From an uncultured Rhodopirellula sp. (lineage in GTDB: Bacteria > Planctomycetota > Planctomycetia > Pirellulales > Pirellulaceae): a stretch of 64,000 bases of DNA. The stretch lies in contig CAXGAI010000019.1 in the NCBI GenBank assembly GCA_964007735.1, forward strand, positions 1 through 64,000, in the 5' to 3' direction. Shown piece by piece: positions 24,901-34,767 of this stretch. Position 1 is the first letter of the stretch. Each line of letters begins with the position of its first letter. The notes under the pieces were generated by a model. The model saw only the letters and a list, made by a program, of their open reading frames with translations, made no database searches and had not been told where the DNA came from. Both the position numbers and the translations under genes were made by a program.

Positions 24901-26373
24901 TTAGCTAAAAATAGCAGTCACGGGGTCCGCTTTTACGAGTTCACGGGGCTGATTGAGATGGTTGTAAACAATCGAGTTAGGATTGATACCAACGCTGTGA
25001 TACATTGTAGCCAGCATTTCGGATGGGTGAACCGGATCTTGCAACGGGGCAGACCCAGTCTTATCTGATTCACCGTAGACAAATCCACGTTTCACACCGG
25101 CACCAGCAGCGATCGCTGTGTAACAGTATGGCCAGTGATCGCGGCCGTCATCGCTGTTGCCGTTGCCAGAAGTACTTACACCGCGTTGTGGACTTCGGCC
25201 AAATTCACCAATGGCAACAACGAGTGTTTCATCGAGCATACCGCGCTCATCCAGATCGCCAATCAGACCACTCAAACCAGCGTCCAACATGGGACCCGAC
25301 TCGTTCTTCATACGTCCTGAGAGGCCGACATGAACATCGAAAGAGTGACGGTCAGAGTTGGCAACTTTAGGCCAGATCACTTCAACAACACGGGTACCGG
25401 CCTCAACAAGTCGGCGAGCAAGCAAGCAGCTTTGTCCGAATGTGGTTCGGCCGTAGCGGTCACGAGTGGCTTCCGATTCTTTGGTCAGGTCGAAGGCATT
25501 TCGAGCTCGGCCGGAACTGATCAGGTTCATGGCTGAATCATAGTATTCGTTCAGGCCGTAGTCTTTTGTGGCTTTATCAATTTGAGGCATGCCTTGATTG
25601 ATTAGGTCACGCAAGCGAGCTCGGCGATCCAAACGCCCAGCGGAAACTTCCTTACGCAACTGGAGGTCATCTACGTTGATGCGATCCATCTTGTTTTGAT
25701 CAAGGTCTGACCCTGATGGAAACAGGTAGTAAGGGTCATAGGCTCGACCCAGAAATCCAGCGGTGCCGGATTTGTTAACTACGTTACTTTCCTGCAATGG
25801 ACGGGGCATCATCACAAACGGAAGCATGGGGACTTCCGGCGGTTTAATACGGATGATGTTACTGCCAAAGTTAGGGAAGTCCTTAGGGGTAGGAGGCTCC
25901 AATTGGCCGGAGGGGCTCACCTTGTCAGCGGTGTAGCCAGTATGGATCTGATAGATCGCGGCCGTATGGTTGAACAGACCAACCGGGGTGTAACTCATAG
26001 ACCGAATCATTGTCAGCTTATCAGTGATCTGAGCGAGTTTCGGAAGGTTTTCTGTCACATCCATTCCGGGAACTTTTGTAGGAATCCGTTTGAATACACT
26101 GCGGACGTTATCAGGCACGTCGTCTTTCGGATCCCACAGGTCGAGGTGACTAGGTCCACCCTGTAAGTAGACAAGAATGACACTCTTTGCTTTATTCCAG
26201 CCGGGACCACCACCAGCAGTTTCGCTATTAGCCTGAGCACTTTGAAGCTCCATTATCTGCCCGAGCGACATGCCCATCATGGCAGATCCACCAACACGAA
26301 GAATATCCCGTCGGCTAGGTCCTACACCTTTATCACAGTTATCTTTTCCGGCTTGACCTGGAATGCGTAACAT
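24901..26373 (-). CDS. DUF1501 domain protein with twin-arginine-like leader
   Basis: [54 protein letters not shown] at 26373 has an AGGAG RBS. Confidence 0.92.
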   Translation of the reverse strand: MLRIPGQAGKDNCDKGVGPSRRDILRVGGSAMMGMSLGQIMELQSAQANSETAGGGPGWNKAKSVILVYLQGGPSHLDLWDPKDDVPDNVRSVFKRIPTKVPGMDVTENLPKLAQITDKLTMIRSMSYTPVGLFNHTAAIYQIHTGYTADKVSPSGQLEPPTPKDFPNFGSNIIRIKPPEVPMLPFVMMPRPLQESNVVNKSGTAGFLGRAYDPYYLFPSGSDLDQNKMDRINVDDLQLRKEVSAGRLDRRARLRDLINQGMPQIDKATKDYGLNEYYDSAMNLISSGRARNAFDLTKESEATRDRYGRTTFGQSCLLARRLVEAGTRVVEVIWPKVANSDRHSFDVHVGLSGRMKNESGPMLDAGLSGLIGDLDERGMLDETLVVAIGEFGRSPQRGVSTSGNGNSDDGRDHWPYCYTAIAAGAGVKRGFVYGESDKTGSAPLQDPVHPSEMLATMYHSVGINPNSIVYNHLNQPRELVKADPVTAIFS

Positions 26374-26633
26374 TCGGCAACTCCTGCTTGTTTGCTTAAA
26401 TATTCTCGAAACTAATTTAGCACTTCGAAATGTACCACATGTGACAAACAGTGGCACACTAATAGTATAAATCGTGCGTTTGTATGCGGTCAATCGAAGT
26501 AATTTACTTATTTATCGGGTTCTTTAGAGCGATTTAGGTTTCCGGCTCTTTAGATGCCCTTGTCTTAACTTCAAGTTATCAAGTACAAATCGCCCACGGA
26601 CACATTTCGAAGTGCATTTGCACAGAGGATCTC

Positions 26634-26963
26634 ATGATGAAACGAAGGCCTTTTTTGTTTGGTTTAACAGGTTTGGCGGGTCTTATAGCCGTCGATGCTA
26701 ATCCGTTCGATCCCATGCAGTTGGATGCCGCAGACATCGCGCCTTTGGTTGACCAACTCAAAGCGGGCCTTAAGGCTCGCAAACCGTCGGAGCATCTTTT
26801 TATCGAACGAGTTGGTAAAATGGTAGAGGAGCGCGTCCTTCCGGTTTCAATGGTTTTGGGGATTTTCTCCTATGCTCGCAAGAAACACTCGCGCTACCCT
26901 TTCCCCTACTTTCAGCAGGCGTTAAGAATAAGAGCAGAGAAGGAATTTGGAGTTAAGCTCTAA
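26634..26963 (+). CDS. Small hypothetical protein, probably exported (KRRPFL twin-arginine-like leader)
   Basis: GAGGA RBS, RRxFL followed by a hydrophobic stretch; fills the gap before pyrC. Confidence 0.7.
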   Translation: MMKRRPFLFGLTGLAGLIAVDANPFDPMQLDAADIAPLVDQLKAGLKARKPSEHLFIERVGKMVEERVLPVSMVLGIFSYARKKHSRYPFPYFQQALRIRAEKEFGVKL

Positions 26964-27039
26964 GTGGACTCTGGGCTAGTTACTGGTTATACAGACGGCA
27001 TGCCTCAGCTTGGAGTGTTGATGGAATGCGGAGTAAACC

Positions 27040-28371
27040 ATGAAGACGCTTATTAAAAATGCACAGGTCGTGCTCCCGAAGGAAATCGCGCAGGTTTCGA
27101 TTCTTATTGAGGACGATAAGATTGTAGCGGTCGACCCTTCTGTCGCAACGCAAAAAGATGAAGAAGTGGATGCCGAAGGCCTGCATTTAATTCCTGGCGT
27201 GATCGATGATCAGGTTCACTTCCGTGAACCAGGCTTAACTCACAAAGAAGATTTGCTCCACGCGAGTCGCGCTTGTGCCGCGGGCGGAGTGACGACTTTT
27301 TTGGAAATGCCAAACACGATTCCCAATGCCATTACCCAGGAACTGCTGGAAGAAAAACTTGCCCTAGGTGCCGCCTCGAGCATGGTCAATTATGGTTTTT
27401 ATATCGGAGCGACGCCTGATAATGCAGAAGAATTGAGTCGAGCTCATCGTACACCGGGCATTAAAATCTTCATTGGGTCAAGTACTGGTAATTTGTTGGT
27501 GGATGAGCAAGAAGCTTTGGAACGGCTTTTCGCTTTAACCACCCTTCCGATTACCGCACACTGTGAAGACGAAACGACAGTGCGTGCTAACAAAGAGAAG
27601 TATGCGGGGACCGCAGACGTCCATGACCATTCCCGCATTCGTGATGTGGAAGCCGCTGTGATTGCGACACGTCGAGCAATTGATCTGGCACAACGTCACA
27701 ATCATCGTTTTCATGTCTTACATGTTTCCACGGGAGCCGAGGCAGATTTCCTTGATGACTTTGGAGGTCTGATTACTGCCGAGGCCTGCCCCCACCACCT
27801 CTTCTTCAATGTGGATGATTATGACCGGCTGGGTTCACTGATCCAGATGAATCCGTCGATTAAGACAGCAAAAGATAACAAGAAAATCTGGGAGGCGCTG
27901 CACGCCGGTCGCATTCAGGTGATTGCGACGGATCATGCACCTCATACACTCGAGGAAAAAGCACAAAGCTACCCAGCTTCGCCGTCCGGCCTGCCTGCAG
28001 TGGAGAATTCGCTGGCGCTGATGCTCAATGAAGTTAATCAGGGCCACTGTACATTACAGCAGGTGGTTTCGTGGATGAGTGATGCGCCGGCGCGGGTTTG
28101 GGACATTGTCAATAAAGGTCGGATTGAAGAAGGTTATGATGCGGATTTGGCTTTAGTGGATATGAATCTGCGGAAGCAAATCCGAAACGAAGACCAGCAT
28201 ACTAAGTGCAAATGGTCCCCGTGGAACGGAGTGACACTGCAGGGCTGGGCCGTCCGAACTTATGTCATGGGCACGGAAGTATACCGAGAGGGCCAGTTGA
28301 AACTAGACCATCGGGGGCAGGAAGCACAGTACGACCATGCCCGCGGAGGTTTTTGGGCCACTCAGGATTAG
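27040..28371 (+). CDS. pyrC: Dihydroorotase (amidohydrolase superfamily)
   Basis: [45 protein letters not shown]. Confidence 0.88.
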   Translation: MKTLIKNAQVVLPKEIAQVSILIEDDKIVAVDPSVATQKDEEVDAEGLHLIPGVIDDQVHFREPGLTHKEDLLHASRACAAGGVTTFLEMPNTIPNAITQELLEEKLALGAASSMVNYGFYIGATPDNAEELSRAHRTPGIKIFIGSSTGNLLVDEQEALERLFALTTLPITAHCEDETTVRANKEKYAGTADVHDHSRIRDVEAAVIATRRAIDLAQRHNHRFHVLHVSTGAEADFLDDFGGLITAEACPHHLFFNVDDYDRLGSLIQMNPSIKTAKDNKKIWEALHAGRIQVIATDHAPHTLEEKAQSYPASPSGLPAVENSLALMLNEVNQGHCTLQQVVSWMSDAPARVWDIVNKGRIEEGYDADLALVDMNLRKQIRNEDQHTKCKWSPWNGVTLQGWAVRTYVMGTEVYREGQLKLDHRGQEAQYDHARGGFWATQD

Positions 28372-28402
28372 CGGGAAGAGGAGGGACTTGAAGCAGGTTT
28401 CA

Positions 28403-29065
28403 CTAGCCTCCCCAACGCTCTTCCTTCCAGGGATCTCCGTGGTTGTGATAACCACCACGTTCCCAATAGCCAGGCTGGTCCTCCGCCACAAGCTCGATAC
28501 CACAGATCCACTTTGCACTTTTCCAGGCATATAGCTGGGGTACCATTGCCCGAACCGGGCCGCCATGGTCAGCATTAATTGGTTGTCCATCATGCAGATC
28601 AGCCAGTAATACATCGGCCTGAAGGAAGTCCGCTAGGGGCAAATTGGTGGTCCAGCCGTTATCGTAGCCGTGCAGAATGACATACTTTGCAGTGTTTTGA
28701 ACACCTGCACGTTCCAATAAATGGTTGCTCGAAACACCTTCCCATAGGTTGCCTAGGCGCGACCATTGCGTTACACAATGAAAGTCGGCAAAAACCTTCA
28801 CTCGAGGTTCTGCCTGAAACGCTTCCATAGAAAGCGAAAGCGGGTTATCTACCAAGCCGAAGACTTTTAATTCCCAGTTGTCAGGGACTTGCGGTGTGCC
28901 AGTGGCATCCAGCACCGGCCATTTACGAGTTCGCGACTGATTGGGAGGAATTCGATTTTCTCGCAAGGTATCCGGACTGATGATGACATCATCAGCAAGC
29001 TCTCCTCCGTCAGGTGCATTACCGTGCTGATATTTGTCGTCGTTAGAGGGTGAATAAGGATCCAC
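28403..29065 (-). CDS. Sulfite-oxidase-like molybdopterin oxidoreductase
   Basis: RIPPNQ, DFHCVTQWS, WEGV, HGGPVR, YAWKSAKW, GYWERGGYH.GDPW.EER. Confidence 0.9.
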   Translation of the reverse strand: MDPYSPSNDDKYQHGNAPDGGELADDVIISPDTLRENRIPPNQSRTRKWPVLDATGTPQVPDNWELKVFGLVDNPLSLSMEAFQAEPRVKVFADFHCVTQWSRLGNLWEGVSSNHLLERAGVQNTAKYVILHGYDNGWTTNLPLADFLQADVLLADLHDGQPINADHGGPVRAMVPQLYAWKSAKWICGIELVAEDQPGYWERGGYHNHGDPWKEERWGG

Positions 29066-29087
29066 GTGCTAATAGCTCGCTTAAAAG

Positions 29088-29627
29088 TTATTTCTGGGTC
29101 ACATCATCGAGGGTCATGAGTTTGCTTTCTGTGAGATAACGAATCAGGTTATCCAACAAGTCTCCCATCAAAATCAATTTGCCCGTCTCGACGTGTTCAA
29201 CAATATAGGTGGTTGGAGCGAAGATCAACGTTGTGGTCCCACTTGCATCGATGAATCGTAACGCAAACGTCCATTCGGGCACTAGTTCCGGGACGCTCTG
29301 GTTCCACTGATAAGTGTGATCCTGAATAAACATGTGTCTCAAATGGACCAGTCCGGGTCTGTTGGTAATATTCTGGCTTGATAGCACGGCACGCGGACCA
29401 ACCGACGAGTCTATTTTCTCTCGGCCCGATTCTTGCTGAGCCCCTTTGTCCAGGAGCAATAATTCGATGGAGTCGGCGTGGCGCATGCGAGTGGCAGTTT
29501 CGATACCAAAGAATTCAATGACCTGATTGCCAGTGTGAATGTTATGCCACCACGCGTAGGCACTCATTGCTATCGCCATACCAAAAATACTGATGATGAC
29601 CAGCTTGCCCTGAATATCCGGCTTCAT
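29088..29627 (-). CDS. Hypothetical membrane-anchored protein
   Basis: One N-terminal TM segment; tightly packed in the minus-strand operon. Confidence 0.7.
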   Translation of the reverse strand: MKPDIQGKLVIISIFGMAIAMSAYAWWHNIHTGNQVIEFFGIETATRMRHADSIELLLLDKGAQQESGREKIDSSVGPRAVLSSQNITNRPGLVHLRHMFIQDHTYQWNQSVPELVPEWTFALRFIDASGTTTLIFAPTTYIVEHVETGKLILMGDLLDNLIRYLTESKLMTLDDVTQK

Positions 29628-29638
29628 GGAGATTCTTT

Positions 29639-30688
29639 CTATTTACCCAGCTTGGTGTGAACAAAAGCATACGCCACCCCAGCAACCAGCCCGGCCAGAT
29701 GAGCGAGGTGACTTATGCTATTGATAAAGCCCGCCTCCTGAGAGGCGCTTCCAGCGGCAATACCCATCAACATCCAGCCCACCGCAAATATCAGCACAAA
29801 TGGTGTAACGAGCACGCCCACCGATGGCTTCATCTTCATTTTGCACCAGCCAAATCCGACAATCCCGTAGACAACACCTGACATCCCCACGACAGGACCT
29901 CCGCCAAGTCCGCGAATGCCGAGCAGACCAGTATTTGGCGTTAACAATGGCACTAGAATGCTCACTATCCCGGAAACTAAAAAGAGCCCAAGATATGCCT
30001 TCAGGCCGAATTGGACTTCCAGCCGCGTCCCGAGCCAATACATCCAGTACATATTGAAGAAAATATGGAGGAAGTCGAACAAGAATTCCTGACCCGTTCC
30101 ATGAACAAAGACAGGTGTGATCAATCGCCAGAATTGACCCTTGCCAATATGTTGGAAATTACGCTCTACGTCAGAATATTCGACCAGTTCCCCATCGACC
30201 AGTTTACCTGGTCTTGTATTGGACCAATTGGTGACCAGAGCGTTGCGAACAAAGTTACCGCCTCCGTTCGGGTCATTCGTCTTATCGAGTACGAGGCTTG
30301 CCCCAAAAACGACGGCACAAAGCATGATGATTTTACGAGTAAATGTATTTTTCCGCCGCATGGCCATGGCCATACTTTGGGGATCACGGAATTGAGTCCG
30401 GACCTGGATCGTTTTGGCACGTTTTATGCGATCGGCTTTTTCCTGCCGAAGCTGTTCATGGATTTTCTTCGCCTGAGTAAAGGCGTTCTCAAATTCGTCA
30501 GCATGTGGGTTGTATTGAAAACGATCAAGGAGCTCATCGGCCGTCTTTAAAGCGTCCTCGTCAATAATCCAAAGATCCCAGCCATTTTCCTTGTTGCGTA
30601 GTACTTCAGCTTCGATTTTGTTGACTGTCAGGACAGCAGTAAACCGGCTGGCTAAGGCTTCCTCTGCAAAGGTGTGTAGCTTTCTCAT
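29639..30688 (-). CDS. glpG: Rhomboid intramembrane serine protease (GlpG-like, with N-terminal soluble domain)
   Basis: GQFWRLITPVFVH, HIFFNM, catalytic GMSG, AHLAGLVAG. Confidence 0.88.
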   Translation of the reverse strand: MRKLHTFAEEALASRFTAVLTVNKIEAEVLRNKENGWDLWIIDEDALKTADELLDRFQYNPHADEFENAFTQAKKIHEQLRQEKADRIKRAKTIQVRTQFRDPQSMAMAMRRKNTFTRKIIMLCAVVFGASLVLDKTNDPNGGGNFVRNALVTNWSNTRPGKLVDGELVEYSDVERNFQHIGKGQFWRLITPVFVHGTGQEFLFDFLHIFFNMYWMYWLGTRLEVQFGLKAYLGLFLVSGIVSILVPLLTPNTGLLGIRGLGGGPVVGMSGVVYGIVGFGWCKMKMKPSVGVLVTPFVLIFAVGWMLMGIAAGSASQEAGFINSISHLAHLAGLVAGVAYAFVHTKLGK

Positions 30689-30710
30689 CGATTTATAAAC
30701 CTACGACTTC

Positions 30711-31802
30711 TTAACTAAATGCTGCCAAAGCAAGTGCTTCGTCAACATTGTCGACCAATTCGACATGCCCAATTCGACTAGGAAGGATAAACCGTATTTT
30801 ACCATGCTCTGCCTTTTTGTCCCGTTTCATTGCTTCGACCATCGGCTCCCGTTCAAGGTCCTGTGGCAGGGTGGTAGGCAGATGGAACTGTACAAGCAAG
30901 TCGTGTTGGCGGGCTGTGTCTTCAGAAGTAATCCGCCCTAACGCTTCAGCAAGGCGAGAAGCACAGAGCATTCCGATCGCAACCGCCTCACCGTGCATAA
31001 AAGTTCCATAGCCAGCACATGCTTCAATGGCATGACAGAAGGTGTGCCCATAGTTCAGAATCGCACGGAGCCCTGTCGTTTCACGCTCGTCATTTTCGAC
31101 AACGTATGCTTTTAATTCGCAGCAGCGAGCAATGACATCCCGCATAAATTCAGCATCGCGCTCTAGAATCAACCCAACATTGTTTTCCAACCGGTTGAAG
31201 AAATCTTCGTCCTGAATCACGCCATATTTGACAACTTCAGCCAACCCCGCATGGTAGTCACGAGCTGGGAGGCTCTGGAGGACGTCAACGTCTATCAGGA
31301 CAGCCTGAGGTTGCCAGAAGGCGCCGACCATGTTTTTAGCACCGGGCAGATTGATACCAACTTTTCCGCCAACACTGCTGTCAACGGTGGCTAGCAAGGT
31401 GGTCGGAATCTGTACAAAGCGAACACCTCGTCCGTAACTCGCAGCAACGAATCCGGCTAGATCCCCGACGACACCACCTCCCAGAGCAACCACGACGGTT
31501 TTACGATCCGCACCAAGTGAAAGCATTTGCCGCCAGAGTTCTTCTAGAATGCCCACCGACTTACTCGATTCGCCAGCGGGCACAGTCATGATATCGACTT
31601 GAAGATTGTGCGAAGTAAGAGACTTAAGAACGGTTTCTCCGTAAAGCTCCCGAACATTTGAGTCAGTGATGATCACGGCATGGGACACGTTTCCGAGTCC
31701 ATGGACTAATTCGCCAATGGCCGAAAGGTTGTCCGAACCAATGTGGATATCGTAACTGCGTTCAGCCAGTCCAACATGGACGGTGGTGGATTCAACAGTC
31801 AA
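30711..31802 (-). CDS. aroB: 3-dehydroquinate synthase
   Basis: GGGVVGDLAGF, IPTTLLA.VDSSVGGK, LNYGHTFCHAIE, HGEAVAIGM. TTG start at 31802 after GAGG. Confidence 0.95.
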   Translation of the reverse strand: MTVESTTVHVGLAERSYDIHIGSDNLSAIGELVHGLGNVSHAVIITDSNVRELYGETVLKSLTSHNLQVDIMTVPAGESSKSVGILEELWRQMLSLGADRKTVVVALGGGVVGDLAGFVAASYGRGVRFVQIPTTLLATVDSSVGGKVGINLPGAKNMVGAFWQPQAVLIDVDVLQSLPARDYHAGLAEVVKYGVIQDEDFFNRLENNVGLILERDAEFMRDVIARCCELKAYVVENDERETTGLRAILNYGHTFCHAIEACAGYGTFMHGEAVAIGMLCASRLAEALGRITSEDTARQHDLLVQFHLPTTLPQDLEREPMVEAMKRDKKAEHGKIRFILPSRIGHVELVDNVDEALALAAFS

Positions 31803-31833
31803 AGTAGCCTCTGCCTTCGTTAGAAAAGTGAGC

Positions 31834-32046
31834 TTAACCCACCCGCTGAATGTCTTCAGCGGAAGCCGTAATTTTACGGCAAAACCCGGTATGAGTTCGT
31901 ACATACTCGATAGCCATGCACTGATCCGCACTGTCGTGCAGCGCTCGATGAATTATCGCTTTATCAGCAACGTCCACATCGTCAGGCCATACGGTATCTT
32001 CTTCCATGACTAAGGCCTCACGGTAAACATCGAATTTGTCAGCCAC
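31834..32046 (-). CDS. Small acidic hypothetical protein (70 aa)
   Basis: AGGAGA RBS before a GTG start; protein-like sequence (YREALV...YVRTHTGFCRKI); heads the aroB operon. Confidence 0.75.
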   Translation of the reverse strand: MADKFDVYREALVMEEDTVWPDDVDVADKAIIHRALHDSADQCMAIEYVRTHTGFCRKITASAEDIQRVG

Positions 32047-32424
32047 GATAGTAAATCTCCTAATGGAAGCGTAAACAGCAATAAAATAGGTTTGTTACTC
32101 TCTTTAAATATAACCCTGCAGGGCCCGATTGTGAATGAGCGCAAATCAGGCAGCTTCCATAAATGAAGGGGTTAGCCCTGTAGATGGGCTGCCACTTCAA
32201 CGAAGCTACAGGTTGCGCGGATTATGACGGTTGCATCGGATAGTTCTGATCTGCACATTGTGTGATACATGTAATTCAGGCCGTAACGATTGTAACGAGG
32301 GCATTTAGTGAACCTCGATTTTGTTGGCGGTTTCAGCCAATCGAGACGGTTTCTTAACGCCGATTTCATACTTCAGCAAACAAAGCCAACTCCCCCTACC
32401 AGACGCATCATCGCTTTTTTGTTA

Positions 32425-32459
32425 GCCAGGACTTTTTACAGTCCTGGCGATTTTTCTTT
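32425..32459 (+). terminator. Terminator-like hairpin in the leader of the beta-barrel gene
   Basis: GCCAGGACT-TTTTAC-AGTCCTGGC followed by GATTTTTCTTT. Confidence 0.45.
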
Positions 32460-32480
32460 ATATTTGGATCGTCAAACAAA

Positions 32481-33800
32481 ATGCGGCAATTTCCCAAAGC
32501 GTTATTCTTGCTGTTCGCAGTAATGGCTGCACCGCTTGCTGGTGAAACCATTTCAGAGCACGAGCCGACGCTTTTCGATCCCTATCGTGAACCGGCCCAG
32601 CCGCTCTCTTTGGCACCACACTGGATAGCACGAACACGACAGTCCAGTAACTTTGCATCGCTGGAGAATTCTAATGCCGGGCGGGTCTATCAATCACCAG
32701 CTCAGCTCTCTCCTTCAGAAACCACCGCACCACCACGTTCTATGGCGCCTTTACCAAGTCCAATTTATAACGGAATAGCGGGTCCGCGTTGGCAGTGGAC
32801 AGGGAATCGCCAATATCAACAACGATTAAACACGAGCCAGAATGAAGCTCGTTTCTATCAAAACAAAAACCAGAAACAACAAGCAGTTCGTCCCAAGCTA
32901 GATTTCTATGTCCGCGGACTCGTCATGAATAAAGACAACAATCCCATTCAGCCGCTTGCTCAGGGATCAGGCGGCCAACGGATAACCACTCAGGATGCCG
33001 ATTTAGATACCGCAGGTGGTTTTGAAGCAACGCTTCGTAAGGCACTACCGGATCAAACCCGTGGTGAACTTGTGTACTGGGGATTATTTACATCCGGCGA
33101 TTCCACCACCATCGAAGATGTGTCATCCGGTATTCAGACGACGCTTGATATTTCCCGGCTGAACTATGGAAGCAACGGCGATCCTCTCGCGAATCAACTT
33201 CAGGTCAGTCAGGTTTCACTGCAACGAGACTTCCAATACCACAACTTGGAATTGAACTGGGGTGGAACTGCCAGAGGCGAACAAGTGACGCTGGAATACT
33301 TGGCAGGCTTGCGCTACTTCAAAGCAAGTGAAGACCTGGCAATGCAAATGGATGACTTCTCATTTGTCGGTCAGGACGATAACCACCTACTAGGACTGCA
33401 GGCTGGAGCACTCTTAAACTGGCAGCCTCAACAACAGCTTGAGATTCATGCTGGAGTAAAGTTTGGAGTTTTTGTTAATTCGATTGACCATCAAATGCGT
33501 TTTCAGGGAACGAATGGATTTGTGTATTCAGGTTCAGATGCCTCAACGCAACAGCTGAATCATGCGTTGGATACTAGTGATGTCGCCACGTTAGGCCAAC
33601 TCGATGTTGGGTTTACCTATCATTGGTCTGATCGTTTCCGTCTAATATCGGGCTACCGCATGGTTGGAGTTACTGGTCTATCGCTGACGACCAATCAACT
33701 TTCACAAGATCTTGCTGATCTCGCAGAGAGTCCATCTGTTCACACCAATGGCAGTATCCTGCTGCATGGTACCTACGTTGGCATGGAATATGACTTTTAA
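32481..33800 (+). CDS. Outer-membrane beta-barrel protein, BBP7-like
   Basis: Signal peptide, P/Q-rich linker, amphipathic strands (LAGLRY, NHLLGLQAG, GYRMVGVTGL), C-terminal LLHGTYVGMEYDF. Confidence 0.8.
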   Translation: MRQFPKALFLLFAVMAAPLAGETISEHEPTLFDPYREPAQPLSLAPHWIARTRQSSNFASLENSNAGRVYQSPAQLSPSETTAPPRSMAPLPSPIYNGIAGPRWQWTGNRQYQQRLNTSQNEARFYQNKNQKQQAVRPKLDFYVRGLVMNKDNNPIQPLAQGSGGQRITTQDADLDTAGGFEATLRKALPDQTRGELVYWGLFTSGDSTTIEDVSSGIQTTLDISRLNYGSNGDPLANQLQVSQVSLQRDFQYHNLELNWGGTARGEQVTLEYLAGLRYFKASEDLAMQMDDFSFVGQDDNHLLGLQAGALLNWQPQQQLEIHAGVKFGVFVNSIDHQMRFQGTNGFVYSGSDASTQQLNHALDTSDVATLGQLDVGFTYHWSDRFRLISGYRMVGVTGLSLTTNQLSQDLADLAESPSVHTNGSILLHGTYVGMEYDF

Positions 33801-33815
33801 GCCCGGCCGATTTGA

Positions 33816-34745
33816 TTAACCCGTCTCAGGCATAAAGGTTGGAATGTTCACACCTTCAAACGGATGGTAATCCCCGTATACCTGGCAGAAATGCATTTCG
33901 CAGTTGCGTGCTCCCCAGTCATAAGCCGTTCTTACTAATCTTTCAGACTCGACGGGAAGTAAAAACACGGGTGTTCGTCCGGCATGCTGGTTAAGTTGGT
34001 GAGCTAATAAAGCGATGGCAACATCATCATTAATAGCTACACCCGGACCCACCAGATTTGTAGCAGGATGTGCACAGGAACCTAGAAACCCGATGATTTT
34101 ACTTGTTTGCGGGCACACATAAACCGAGATGCTCCAAAGCCCATCCTGATTGTCGATTAAGAATTGGTAATCTTTATCGCGAGTGATTTTGGCGATCTGA
34201 TACTCAAGCTGCGACATTTGAGCGATGTCATCATTAGTTGCCGCACGAACATATTTCAGCCCCTCTGGCCGCTGAGTCAAGCCATCTTTGGGGATTTCAA
34301 GAAACATGTCCTGATAGGCATGGCGTGGGACAAAGCCAGCTTTATTGTAGAGGGAGAACGAGTCTACATTGATCGCACTTTGGGTTAGACGCAGTGGTTT
34401 GTTTTGTCCCTCTGAATAATCAATGATGTGCTGGAGCAGTGCCTTGCCCGCACCGCTACCAAAGTGGTTGGGGTGTGCGGTCATAATTCCCAGCGACACA
34501 TGATGCTCCCGAGGGTGATAAAAGCAAGAGGCCATCAATTTGCCTGTTTCATCATGCTCTACTACGATTCCGCAGCCGGGGTCAAGCGTTTCGTAGACAT
34601 CAAAAAACACATTACAACTGGATGGGCCGTCCGTGAAGATCGGGGGACATCCATGCGTTTGATACCAATGGTTAATCGAAATATAAATGAGTTCAGAAAC
34701 TTCGTGGCGGTCAGCGACTGTCATTTTTCGAACAGTGAATGGCAT
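33816..34745 (-). CDS. GNAT-family N-acetyltransferase (tandem GNAT-like)
   Basis: HPNHFGSGAGKALL acetyl-CoA motif and SLYNKAGF. Start at MPFTVRKM. Confidence 0.85.
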   Translation of the reverse strand: MPFTVRKMTVADRHEVSELIYISINHWYQTHGCPPIFTDGPSSCNVFFDVYETLDPGCGIVVEHDETGKLMASCFYHPREHHVSLGIMTAHPNHFGSGAGKALLQHIIDYSEGQNKPLRLTQSAINVDSFSLYNKAGFVPRHAYQDMFLEIPKDGLTQRPEGLKYVRAATNDDIAQMSQLEYQIAKITRDKDYQFLIDNQDGLWSISVYVCPQTSKIIGFLGSCAHPATNLVGPGVAINDDVAIALLAHQLNQHAGRTPVFLLPVESERLVRTAYDWGARNCEMHFCQVYGDYHPFEGVNIPTFMPETG

Positions 34746-34767
34746 CGCGAGTCCCTTTGGCAAGATC

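Noticed and set aside
26452..26468. TGGCAC as a sigma-54 -24 element
   Set aside because: The -12 position reads TAGT rather than TTGC.
27199..27231. Gln replacing the first metal-binding His in dihydroorotase (DDQVH)
   Set aside because: A variant I recognise from other bacterial dihydroorotases; not a sign of inactivation.
31803..31931. Apparent gene overlaps from the ORF track (aroB/70-aa gene, panC/folK, GNAT/upstream gene, K-channel/permease, flippase/downstream gene)
   Set aside because: Artefacts of longest-ORF starts; better downstream starts remove or shrink the overlaps.
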